This document shows positions 16,326 to 24,801 of a stretch of DNA of 32,000 nt, piece after piece. Origin of the DNA: Synechocystis sp. PCC 6803 substr. PCC-P (GTDB lineage Bacteria; Cyanobacteriota; Cyanobacteriia; Cyanobacteriales; Microcystaceae); NCBI RefSeq assembly GCF_000284455.1, contig NC_017039.1, forward strand, positions 1,320,001-1,352,000, given 5' to 3'. The notes under the pieces are model-generated. The model ran no database searches. It was not told where the DNA came from and was given only the letters and a program-made list of their open reading frames with translations. The translations under genes and the position numbers were made by a program. The first letter of the stretch is position 1. Each line of letters begins with the position of its first letter.

Positions 16326-17663
16326 ATGAATTCCCCCACCTCTCCCCGTCGTCCCCATGTGGTTATTGTCGGGGGCGGCTTTGCCGGTCTTTACACTGCA
16401 AAAAATTTACGGCGATCGCCGGTGGATATTACCCTGATTGACAAACGGAATTTCCATCTTTTCCAACCTTTGTTGTACCAGGTGGCCACGGGTAGTCTTT
16501 CCCCAGCGGATATTGCTTCACCGTTGCGGGGAGTACTAAAGGGACAAAAAAATATTCGAGTGTTGATGGATAAGGTCATTGACATCGACCCCGATAAGCA
16601 AAAAGTGGTGTTGGAGGACCATGCCCCTATTGCCTACGACTGGCTGGTGGTGGCCACTGGGGTTAGTCATCATTACTTTGGCAATGACCATTGGGCTGCC
16701 CTGGCTCCGGGTTTAAAAACCATTGAAGATGCTTTGACCATACGCCAACGAATTTTTGCGGCTTTTGAAGCGGCGGAAAAGGAAAGTAATCCAGAAAGAC
16801 AACAGGCTTGGTTAACCTTTGTCATTGTCGGGGCGGGGCCCACCGGGGTGGAATTGGCAGGGGCGATCGCCGAAATTGCCCATAGTTCCCTCAAGGATAA
16901 TTTTCATCGCATAGACACTAGGCAGGCAAAAATTTTGCTCATTGAAGGGGTTGATCGAGTACTGCCTCCCTACAAACCCCAATTATCGGCCAGGGCCCAA
17001 CGGGATTTGGAAGACCTAGGGGTAACGGTGTTGACTGAAAGAATGGTGACTGACATTAACCCGGAACAGGTGACGGTGCATAACAACGGCCAAACTGAAA
17101 CCATTGTGACAAAAACGGTGCTCTGGGGCGCTGGGGTCAGGGCTTCTAGCCTCGGTAAAATCATTGGCGATCGCACTGGGGCCGAGTTAGACCGGGCCGG
17201 TCGGGTAGTGGTCAACCCGGATTTGAGTGTGGCCAGTTTTGATAATATATTTGTCCTGGGGGATTTGGCTAATTATTCCCACCAAGGTGATCAACCCCTA
17301 CCCGGTGTGGCCCCCGTGGCTATGCAGGAAGCAGCTTATTTATCCAAACTCATTCCTGCCCGGTTAGCGGAAAAAGAACAAATCATGGTTCCTTTTCGCT
17401 ACATTGACTACGGTAGTCTAGCGGTGATTGGTCAGAATAAAGCGGTGGTTGACCTTGGTTTTGCCCAATTTACCGGCTTGGTGGCTTGGATGATCTGGGT
17501 TTGGGCCCACGTTTATTACCTGATTGAATTCGACAATAAACTAATTGTCATGTTGCAATGGGGTTGGAATTATTTCACCAGAGGCCGGGGGGCCCGACTC
17601 ATCACCGATACCCCCAATCCCCAGAGCACTTCCACCGTGCAGAAGGAACTAGTGCGCCCCTAG
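16326..17663 (+). CDS. ndbA: Type 2 NADH dehydrogenase NdbA, 445 aa
   Basis: VVIVGGGFAGLYTA and FVIVGAGPTGVELAG dinucleotide folds, FVLGD motif, C-terminal hydrophobic segment. Recognised as slr0851. Confidence 0.9.
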   Translation: MNSPTSPRRPHVVIVGGGFAGLYTAKNLRRSPVDITLIDKRNFHLFQPLLYQVATGSLSPADIASPLRGVLKGQKNIRVLMDKVIDIDPDKQKVVLEDHAPIAYDWLVVATGVSHHYFGNDHWAALAPGLKTIEDALTIRQRIFAAFEAAEKESNPERQQAWLTFVIVGAGPTGVELAGAIAEIAHSSLKDNFHRIDTRQAKILLIEGVDRVLPPYKPQLSARAQRDLEDLGVTVLTERMVTDINPEQVTVHNNGQTETIVTKTVLWGAGVRASSLGKIIGDRTGAELDRAGRVVVNPDLSVASFDNIFVLGDLANYSHQGDQPLPGVAPVAMQEAAYLSKLIPARLAEKEQIMVPFRYIDYGSLAVIGQNKAVVDLGFAQFTGLVAWMIWVWAHVYYLIEFDNKLIVMLQWGWNYFTRGRGARLITDTPNPQSTSTVQKELVRP

Positions 17664-17753
17664 AGTTTAATTTCGGTAAACCCCACCATAGCTTGAGCAA
17701 ACAATGGCTTAAACTGTGGAAAATAAGGCTATGGGCCCGAGCCTGGGAAAATA

Positions 17754-18182
17754 ATGTTACACTTCGCCCAAATTACCATTGACCAGCAGGGAAATTGTCA
17801 TCAACTAACGGTTTTGGCCAGTTGCCAGAATCATCAGTGTTGGCAAAGGAGCAACTTTACCCTGCCCCTGGGCAACCCAGACCATTGGACTGAGGGGTCT
17901 TTGGTGTTGGTTCAAACCGATGCCGACCAGCAAGTAGAACAAATTCGGGATGGGCTGGACTGGCTACTGGAAATTTTGGAAATTGTCCCCAATGCCAATG
18001 GTTTTTCCTCGGATCAAGCTCTTTCCTCTTTGGTAAAACAGGAAAAGAGGAGGGTAGAAGCTTGGCGTCAGGAAATGGCCGCTAAAAATCTAGATTTGAC
18101 TAAGCGACAAATTGAGCTGGAAACCCAACGGCAACAACTGAAAGAATTGGAATTAAAACTGCAAGAGCAGGTAAAAACTTGA
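17754..18182 (+). CDS. Hypothetical protein, 142 aa, C-terminal coiled coil
   Basis: ATG-initiated ORF. The C-terminal third is heptad-like and charged (KRRVEAWRQEMAAKNLDLTKRQIELETQRQQLKELELKLQEQ). Its TGA stop shares one nucleotide with the rimI ATG (TGATG). Probably slr0852. Confidence 0.6.
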   Translation: MLHFAQITIDQQGNCHQLTVLASCQNHQCWQRSNFTLPLGNPDHWTEGSLVLVQTDADQQVEQIRDGLDWLLEILEIVPNANGFSSDQALSSLVKQEKRRVEAWRQEMAAKNLDLTKRQIELETQRQQLKELELKLQEQVKT

Positions 18183-18658
18183 TGGTTTCGCTTCTTGGCC
18201 CCAAATATGATCTTTTTTGGCCCCACAGGGAAGAACTGCCCCAGTTTGCCCAGTTAGACCAGCAATGTTTGGGGGGCATGTGGACGTTAGCGGGTTACGA
18301 GCGGGAATGGGACAGTGACCACAGTGTTCTGTTGGGAATTCGTTTAATAGCCAGGGGGAACTTGGTGGCCATGGGGGCATTTTGGCAAATTTTAGAAGAA
18401 GCCCACATCACTTTGTTAGCTGTGGCCCAGGCCCATCGCCGGCAGGGATTGGGAAAAATCCTTCTTCAGAACCTCTTAGCAACGGCGGAACACCGACAAT
18501 TGGAAAGGGCTACTTTGGAAGTGAGGGCATCCAATCAGGCTGCCATGGACCTTTACCATCAATTTGGGTTTCAGTTGGCGGGGTGCAGAAAACGTTATTA
18601 CCCCGATGGGGAGGATGCCCTAATTCTCTGGAAAAACCATTTGAGCTCCCCTGCCTAG
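18182..18658 (+). CDS. rimI: GNAT N-acetyltransferase, RimI-like (ribosomal-protein-alanine acetyltransferase), 158 aa
   Basis: GNAT motif A, AVAQAHRRQGLGKILL, followed by LEVRASNQAAMDLYHQFGF. Start taken as ATG 18182, overlapping the upstream stop. Confidence 0.8.
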   Translation: MVSLLGPKYDLFWPHREELPQFAQLDQQCLGGMWTLAGYEREWDSDHSVLLGIRLIARGNLVAMGAFWQILEEAHITLLAVAQAHRRQGLGKILLQNLLATAEHRQLERATLEVRASNQAAMDLYHQFGFQLAGCRKRYYPDGEDALILWKNHLSSPA

Positions 18659-18682
18659 TAACAAGCTAGGGAAAACGGCACA

Positions 18683-20149
18683 ATGGGGAGGCAGTTGATT
18701 TTGTTTCCCATGTCTGACCAGTCTGACCATCCCCTAATTTTGCTGTGGCACCGCCGGGATTTACGCCTTAATGATCATTTAGCTTTGGCCAAGGCCCGTC
18801 AAAAAACTGCCAAAATTGTCGGTGTCTTTTGTCTGGATAACAAAATTCTGCAAGCGGAAGATATGGCTCCGGCCCGGGTGGCTTACCTGCTCGGTTGCCT
18901 ACAATCTTTACAGGATCATTACCAGCGCCTCGGTAGTGAGTTGTTGGTTTTCCAAGCAGATCCGGTGCAGTTGTTGCCCAAATTGGCCAATACCTTAGGT
19001 GCCCACGGTGTTACTTGGACTTTAGACACGGAACCCTACGCCCAAAAGCGAGATTTAGCAGTGGCCCAGGCTCTACGGGAAAGGGGTTTGGCGATCGCCA
19101 CGGAATGGGATCAACTCATGCACCATCCAGGGGAAGTGCTGACCCAAGCGGGCAGCCCCTACACGGTTTACACTCCCTTTTGGAAAAATTGGTCCCAACT
19201 GCCCAAAACAAGTCCGGTACCCACGCCCAAGGATTTACAGGGTTTAACTCCAGCAGAAAAGGAAAAATTAGCTCCTTTAGAGCCCCTGGCCATACCCCAG
19301 TTAGCGGATTTAGGTTTTATCTGGGATCAACCTCTCCCATTAACACCGGGGGAAGAAGCAGCTGAGCAAAGATTGGACTGGTTTGTGGCCCATGGGTTGG
19401 AGGAATATCAGCAAAATCGTAATTTCCCAGCCCTAGATGGCACTTCTCAACTGAGTGCCGCTCTCAAATTTGGTGTGATTTCCCCACGAACCCTGTGGCA
19501 GACTACCCTAGAAGCGTGGGAGCAAAGCCGCAGTGAGGAAGCCCGGGCTAGCATTGAAACTTGGCAACAGGAATTGGCCTGGAGGGAATTTTACCAACAT
19601 TGCCTTTACAGCTTTCCTGCATTGGCCCAGGGACCTTACCGATCGCCGTTTCAGGAATTTCCCTGGGAGGAAAACCAAGACCATTTCCAAGCCTGGTGCG
19701 AAGGCAGAACTGGTTACCCGATCATTGATGCAGCGATGGCTCAGTTGAATCAAACGGGCTGGATGCACAATCGTTGCCGCATGATTGTGGCTAGTTTTTT
19801 GATTAAGGATCTGATTCTTAATTGGCAATGGGGAGAGCTGTATTTTATGCAGACCCTCTACGACGGAGACCTAGCGGCCAACAATGGAGGCTGGCAGTGG
19901 AGTGCTTCCAGCGGCATGGACCCCAAACCCCTACGGATTTTTAACCCCCATACCCAAGCCCAAAAGTTTGACCCAGAGGGGGAATATATCCGCACGTGGT
20001 TGCCCCAGTTGGCCCGGTTCGACACGGGGGACTTGTTAACCGGCAAACTTACCCCCGGGTCACGGCGATCGGTCAATTATCCAGAACCCATAGTGGACCA
20101 CAATCAGCAACAACGGGAATTTAAACGGCGTTATCAATTGGTCAAATAA
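18683..20149 (+). CDS. phrA: Deoxyribodipyrimidine (CPD) photolyase, class I, 488 aa
   Basis: [14 protein letters not shown]-terminal domain. FAD-binding region WREFYQ..., [44 protein letters not shown]. An alternative start is the ATG at 18710. Recognised as slr0854. Confidence 0.92.
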
Positions 20150-20157
20150 TCGCTGAT

Positions 20158-20664
20158 TTATTGTTGGTTGCCCATGCCCCGGCGACCTTGACGACTATTG
20201 CGACGCTCCTGCATTAATTGGGAAAATTTTTGCCGTTGTTCCGGGGTCAATACTTGACGGCTTTCCAGCATACTGTTGAAGCGCAGTTCCCCCAGTTGTT
20301 GCCTCAAATTAGCCACCTGGTTGTGTTTGGCGCGGATTTCGCTGTCACTGCCATTGCCAGACATCAGAGTGCGTAATTCATTTTGGCTAGTACGCATTTG
20401 CTCCGACAGAGATTGCATTTGGCCTTGATATTTTTGGCGAATGGCTTCCAGTTGTTGTTTTTGACTATCAGTTAAATCAAGGGATTCCATCCACTGGCCC
20501 TGGCCACCTTTTTTGTTGCCCCAGCCCCATTGGGCTAGCATTTGCTCGCTGGTATCGCCACTTTGCCAATGTAAATCCAGATTTTGATTTTGGGCCATGG
20601 CGGGCATGGTGCTGACAGTACAAGCTAAACCGCTAAGCAAACCGGCGATAATAATGTTTTTCAT
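20158..20664 (-). CDS. Secreted LTXXQ-motif protein (Spy/CpxP/ZraP-like periplasmic protein), 168 aa
   Basis: From ATG 20664: signal peptide MKNIIIAGLLSGLACTVSTMPAMA, two LTXXQ motifs (LDLTDSQKQQL and VLTPEQRQKF), Q/R-rich helical composition. GAGGAA lies upstream of the ATG. The track's 30-aa N-terminal extension is unlikely. Probably sll0858. Confidence 0.75.
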   Translation of the reverse strand: MKNIIIAGLLSGLACTVSTMPAMAQNQNLDLHWQSGDTSEQMLAQWGWGNKKGGQGQWMESLDLTDSQKQQLEAIRQKYQGQMQSLSEQMRTSQNELRTLMSGNGSDSEIRAKHNQVANLRQQLGELRFNSMLESRQVLTPEQRQKFSQLMQERRNSRQGRRGMGNQQ

Positions 20665-20720
20665 GATGAGCAAGTTCCTCAGAAAATTAACTGAAAAGTG
20701 ATTGAAAAGTACAAATTGTC

Positions 20721-21089
20721 TTATTCCCGTGGGGGATCGCTTAGTAACCACCAATCCTGGTTAGCTCCGTTGACGCTGTCGGGGTAGATGGAGCCAGACC
20801 AAGTTTCCTGGAGGAAAGCTTCCAGTTCCGCCATGTTCGGTTCTTCGGCCGTTTGCATCGGCGATCGCCAACCGAAAAGCCCTGCCCCCACTAGGCCGAA
20901 GAGTAGAACTCCTCCCCCCAGCCATTGCCAAGACAAACTAGGGGTCAAGGAACGGCGGGGACATTGCTTGATCCGTTGCAAAATCTGCTCCTCTAGTGCC
21001 GGCGAGGGAGCGGGAACCCCTGGGCGATGGGCCTGCAAAAAGTGCTTCAGTTTTGTCTCTTGATCGGTATTAAAAGGGTTAAAAGACAT
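20721..21089 (-). CDS. Putative single-pass anti-sigma factor (non-ZAS), 122 aa
   Basis: ATG 21089 is preceded by GGGAG and overlaps the sigma gene's 3' end by 11 nt. Short cytoplasmic N-terminus, one TM helix (WQWLGGGVLLFGLVGAGLFGW), and about 50 aa outside the membrane. There is no HxxxCxxC. The function is inferred from position only. Confidence 0.55.
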   Translation of the reverse strand: MSFNPFNTDQETKLKHFLQAHRPGVPAPSPALEEQILQRIKQCPRRSLTPSLSWQWLGGGVLLFGLVGAGLFGWRSPMQTAEEPNMAELEAFLQETWSGSIYPDSVNGANQDWWLLSDPPRE

Positions 21090-21690
21090 CTTGAACTCCC
21101 TGTTGCTGCAAGAATTCCCGCATGGCCCGCCGAGCATAGAATAAACGGGATTTGATAGTACCCCCAGGCAAATTTAGTACCTCCGCAATGGTCTTTTGGG
21201 GCAAATCCTCCAGATCGTGGAGCACCAACACCGTGCGATGCTCAAAGCTGAGGGTAGCCAAGCCTTGCTGCACCAAATCCTGGTAATGGAGTTGCAACAG
21301 ATCGGGACTGTCCTCGGGCCGAGACAATTGCAGGGATATTTCCCCTTCGTTGTCGGCTAAGGCAGTACTGGGTTGATGAATCCGTTGGCGCGATCGCCCC
21401 AATTGTTTACGGGCATCCTGGGCCACATTCCAAGTAATGCGATAAAGCCAGGTGGCAAAAAAATTGTGATTGCGGAGTTTGGGCAATCCTTTCCACACTT
21501 TGAAAAAGACCTCCTGAACTAGATCATCGAGTTGATGCTGTCCACAAAGTTGATAAAGGGTAGAACGTACTTTAGCCTGGTACCGACGATAAAGTTGACG
21601 AAAGGCCTCAGCATCACCCTGCTGACTTCGCTGGATCATGCTAGCTTCGTTTTCTTCTACCGCTGGATTGACTAAGGGCTTAACCAACAA
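21079..21690 (-). CDS. sigH: ECF (group 4) RNA polymerase sigma factor
   Basis: Region 2: GDAEAFRQLYRRYQAKV...VQEVFFKVWKGL. Region 4: LPQKTIAEVLNLPGGTIKSRLFYARRAM. TTG 21690 has GAGG 6 nt upstream; ATG 21639 is the alternative start. Recognised as sll0856. Confidence 0.88.
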   Translation of the reverse strand: MLVKPLVNPAVEENEASMIQRSQQGDAEAFRQLYRRYQAKVRSTLYQLCGQHQLDDLVQEVFFKVWKGLPKLRNHNFFATWLYRITWNVAQDARKQLGRSRQRIHQPSTALADNEGEISLQLSRPEDSPDLLQLHYQDLVQQGLATLSFEHRTVLVLHDLEDLPQKTIAEVLNLPGGTIKSRLFYARRAMREFLQQQGVQDVF

Positions 21691-21718
21691 AACCTACCTC
21701 TTTGGCGGTTACGGGGGT

Positions 21719-21746
21719 TTAGACCCCACGGGTTTACCCAAGGTTC
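21719..21746 (-). promoter_or_regulatory. Candidate ECF-type promoter upstream of sigH: GAACC, 17 nt, GTCTAA
   Basis: The minus strand reads ctttGAACCttgggtaaacccgtgggGTCTAAaccc. This resembles the sigmaE-type consensus GGAACTT / TCTAA-like -10 (from memory), with a spacer about 1 nt longer than typical. Confidence 0.3.
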
Positions 21747-21801
21747 AAAGGGGAGGCCAGATTTTCCTTCGCTAAAAGAATCGGGGTCAAGACAATAAAT
21801 C

Positions 21802-23157
21802 TTAGCCACGGTTTTGTTTAGCTAAAGTTCTTTCTAGCAAGACTGTATAAATGGGTTTACCCCCCAATGCTTCCGCCACCACACTGGCCACTAGGCAGGT
21901 AACTAACAAAGGCAAAATCACAAAATAGTTGTCCGTCATTTCTATGGTTAACAGAATTGCAGTTAATGGGGCTCGCACCGTTGCCGCTACTAAAGCTCCC
22001 ATGCCGGCGATCGCCATTACAGCGGGTTCAGGAATTTGACTGGGAAAGAGTAAATGGAAATGTCTCGCCATGGCTACACTGACAATGGAAGCAATGCCCA
22101 ACATGGGGGCAAAAATACCGCCAATTGCCCCGGAGCCGTAGCAGATCAGGGTTAACAAAAATCTGCCACAAAACACCAGTATGAGTGTAGAAAAATGGGA
22201 TTGACTGTTAAAAGCCCAGAGCACTGCATTGTCTCCCCCGTCGGTGAGGGGTAGGGGAAATAGGGACAAAATGCCAATGATGGAACCGAGCAAAAACCCT
22301 TTCCATTTAGTTGCTAGGGGCGGCAGGCGATCGAACCAGTCTAGTACTTTGAATAGACCCCGGTTGAAGGTGTAACCCATCACCCCAAATAAAATCCCCA
22401 AAATAATGAACATCCAGAGGGAATCCAGGGGAACCCGTTTAAACTCAGTCAAGCTGATGATGGCGGACTGCCCTCGAATCATTCTGAGAATAATAGTGGC
22501 CATCACACAGCCAAATAGTAGGCTATGGTACGCCAAGGTTTGACTACGAAAACGAGGATGCATTTCTTCCCCAATCAGAGCTACCCCTGCCAGGGGCGCA
22601 TTAAAAGCGGTGGCCAAACCGGCCCCGGCTCCCACTGCAATTAAAATTCGTTGATTCTCTTGAGTTGCCTTGAACCACCCCCCAGTCATCTGGCCAATGC
22701 TTCCCCCCATTTGAATCGTTGGCCCTTCAAATCCCGCCAACATACCAGCTCCCAAGGATAAAAATCCCCCCACTAATTTGATAGGCAAGACCCTCTGCCA
22801 GACCAGGGGAAGTTTCCCTTCCAAATGCCCTTCAATTTGGGGAATACCACTGCCGCTGGTGTCCGGGGCAAAACGTTTCATTAACCAAAAGCTGAGGGCT
22901 ACCATGCCACCACTGATCAGAGCGGTGACCAGCCAAGCCAAGGGCGGTATGGGGGCAAGTATTTGTGCTAATTGCGATCGCCACTGGAGCATATTGTTCA
23001 CAGCGGATTTAAAACCGGCCCCCAATACACCGGTAATCAGCCCCACCACAATGGCCGCCACAAGGGTACGGGGATGGAGAGAACGGGCGCTATCGGTTAA
23101 ATTCCTGGGAAGTTTATCTAACCAGCGTCGATTAGAGGTTTCAAAATCGGCAGCCAT
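21802..23157 (-). CDS. ClC-family chloride channel / H+-Cl- antiporter, 451 aa
   Basis: ClC signature motifs GSGIPQIEG, GFEGPTIQ (gating Glu present) and GGIFAPML; polytopic membrane protein. Recognised as sll0855. Confidence 0.92.
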   Translation of the reverse strand: MAADFETSNRRWLDKLPRNLTDSARSLHPRTLVAAIVVGLITGVLGAGFKSAVNNMLQWRSQLAQILAPIPPLAWLVTALISGGMVALSFWLMKRFAPDTSGSGIPQIEGHLEGKLPLVWQRVLPIKLVGGFLSLGAGMLAGFEGPTIQMGGSIGQMTGGWFKATQENQRILIAVGAGAGLATAFNAPLAGVALIGEEMHPRFRSQTLAYHSLLFGCVMATIILRMIRGQSAIISLTEFKRVPLDSLWMFIILGILFGVMGYTFNRGLFKVLDWFDRLPPLATKWKGFLLGSIIGILSLFPLPLTDGGDNAVLWAFNSQSHFSTLILVFCGRFLLTLICYGSGAIGGIFAPMLGIASIVSVAMARHFHLLFPSQIPEPAVMAIAGMGALVAATVRAPLTAILLTIEMTDNYFVILPLLVTCLVASVVAEALGGKPIYTVLLERTLAKQNRG

Positions 23158-23166
23158 GGCTCTGAT

Positions 23167-24093
23167 TTAGTGGGCATTGGCAAAGGCTTGGGAAATAAAC
23201 GGCAATAGGCGGCGATTGCCAGCGAGGGCAGAATTTTCCGTGAACACCACCAAAAGATAGGGACTCTGGTGGGGAATTTCAATGTAGGCACAATCATGGC
23301 GCACCTGGCTGGTCCAACCGGCCTTAGACCACATTTGGGCATCTTTAGGCAATGGTTCACCGAGAAAACCGGTAATTTGGTTATCTTCCCCCAAAGGAGC
23401 CGGAGCGGCCGTTAAATCTCGTTTAAGTAATTGCATCATTTGTTGGGAACGGGTTGAGGACACCGCCACCCCGCCAATGATACTGTGTAATAACCTGGCC
23501 ACAGCATTGGTGGTTAACATGTTGCGCTGTTCGTAAAGTTCCCCCACAAAGGCCCTTTCCCGGCCATAGTAACCATCACCCCAGGTCTTTTGGTTGACAT
23601 TAATATTCTGCAACTCCTCCCAGCCCAAGGATTGAAAATAACGGTTCACAATATTGCGTTGTTGCTGCCAAGTTTCAAAGGGTCCGGGGGGTAACATGGG
23701 CCCACTGCTGGTGCCAGTGAGTATATCTACCACTAAGCTAGTGGCATCGTTGCTGGAGTCCACAATCATATCCCGCACGGCCCGGTCCAACTCCGGGGAA
23801 TCATTCACCATGCCTCCTTCCAACCATTCCGCCATGGCCACCAGGTAAAACAATTTCACCACACTGGCGGGATAAATACGTTCAATGCCCCGATAACTAA
23901 AACCCCGCACCGGATATTGCCAAAACTCATTGGCGGCGATCGCCCCCCCGGTATTAACCACCACTGGAGCGTCATAAACCAACCAAGTCAAGGCAATTTG
24001 ATCCCGCTGAAGTTGGGGGAAAGTTTGCCAAGTAGTTTCGAGAATAGCCTGGGCCATATCCCCCAAAGCCGGGTCTTCTTTAAAAAATGCCAT
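23167..24093 (-). CDS. Beta-lactamase-fold (class A-like) serine hydrolase, no signal peptide, 308 aa
   Basis: SxxK (ASVVKLF), SxN-like (DSSNDA) and KxG (SKAGWT) motifs in the canonical order and spacing. The N-terminus MAFFKEDPALGDMAQ is not hydrophobic. Only 9 nt separate it from the ClC gene downstream. Confidence 0.7.
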   Translation of the reverse strand: MAFFKEDPALGDMAQAILETTWQTFPQLQRDQIALTWLVYDAPVVVNTGGAIAANEFWQYPVRGFSYRGIERIYPASVVKLFYLVAMAEWLEGGMVNDSPELDRAVRDMIVDSSNDATSLVVDILTGTSSGPMLPPGPFETWQQQRNIVNRYFQSLGWEELQNINVNQKTWGDGYYGRERAFVGELYEQRNMLTTNAVARLLHSIIGGVAVSSTRSQQMMQLLKRDLTAAPAPLGEDNQITGFLGEPLPKDAQMWSKAGWTSQVRHDCAYIEIPHQSPYLLVVFTENSALAGNRRLLPFISQAFANAH

Positions 24094-24143
24094 GGAATAA
24101 TCGGTTCGGGTTGAGGATAATTATTACTTGTACTTGATAACTG

Positions 24144-24671
24144 TTACTCTGCCGGAGGCAAACGACGAATATCAGAATAGAAGGCACTATGACTATAACC
24201 TTCTCCCTGCTGGATCAAACTGGTGCGGAGTCGGAGATTAGGACTAGCATACCAATGCCTTTCCGTTAAACTAGTCTCCCCATCCCCTAGATTTAGGGTC
24301 AAACATTCATCAGAACCTAAATGATAATCACCCCTTAGGAAAGCCAAGTTGGAATTCGTTGTGCCCCGCCATAGTTGACCCCGATCTCCATGGTCAGCAT
24401 CGGGTAAAAAGCCATAATAGATGGTGCCCTTTTGTTTGGACTTGCCCCAGTCTACGGAATTATCCCAACTCAGTTGTAGCAGGATTAACTCCCCTTGATT
24501 TTTTAACCCGGCCCGCTCCAGGAGCGATCGCCCAAGCTCAGTTTGACTATCCCACCTTTGCACCGTCACATCGGATTTGGCATTGCCCGCTTCATTTTGC
24601 TCAAAACTATAATTAGTACGTTGGGAAAGCCATTTTCCTTCCCAGGCGGTGATAAATTCCAAAAAATCCAT
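24144..24671 (-). CDS. CpcS/CpeS-family phycobilin lyase-like protein, 175 aa
   Basis: MDFLEFITAWEGKWLSQRTNY... is the characteristic N-terminus of the CpcS/CpcU/CpeS lipocalin-like lyases. The track's start at 24704 adds 11 aa; ATG 24671 is preferred. Probably sll0853. Confidence 0.75.
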   Translation of the reverse strand: MDFLEFITAWEGKWLSQRTNYSFEQNEAGNAKSDVTVQRWDSQTELGRSLLERAGLKNQGELILLQLSWDNSVDWGKSKQKGTIYYGFLPDADHGDRGQLWRGTTNSNLAFLRGDYHLGSDECLTLNLGDGETSLTERHWYASPNLRLRTSLIQQGEGYSHSAFYSDIRRLPPAE

Positions 24672-24801
24672 AGCGAAAAAGCTTCTTGGGGCAACAGGCT
24701 TCATTTTAGGCTATTGGGGGTGAATCGATGGCAGGGGATCTGCGGAAATTGGCGTTAACAACCTAGCAATTAGTCTAAATGAACTACTTGATCGCACTCG
24801 C

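Noticed and set aside
17715-17723. Perfect cyanobacterial-type DnaA box (TGTGGAAAA, complement TTTTCCACA) between ndbA and the coiled-coil ORF
   Set aside because: It is a single isolated 9-mer. About 0.25 occurrences are expected by chance in 64 kb of two-strand sequence, there is no neighbouring box or AT-rich unwinding element, and it is 12 kb from dnaA.
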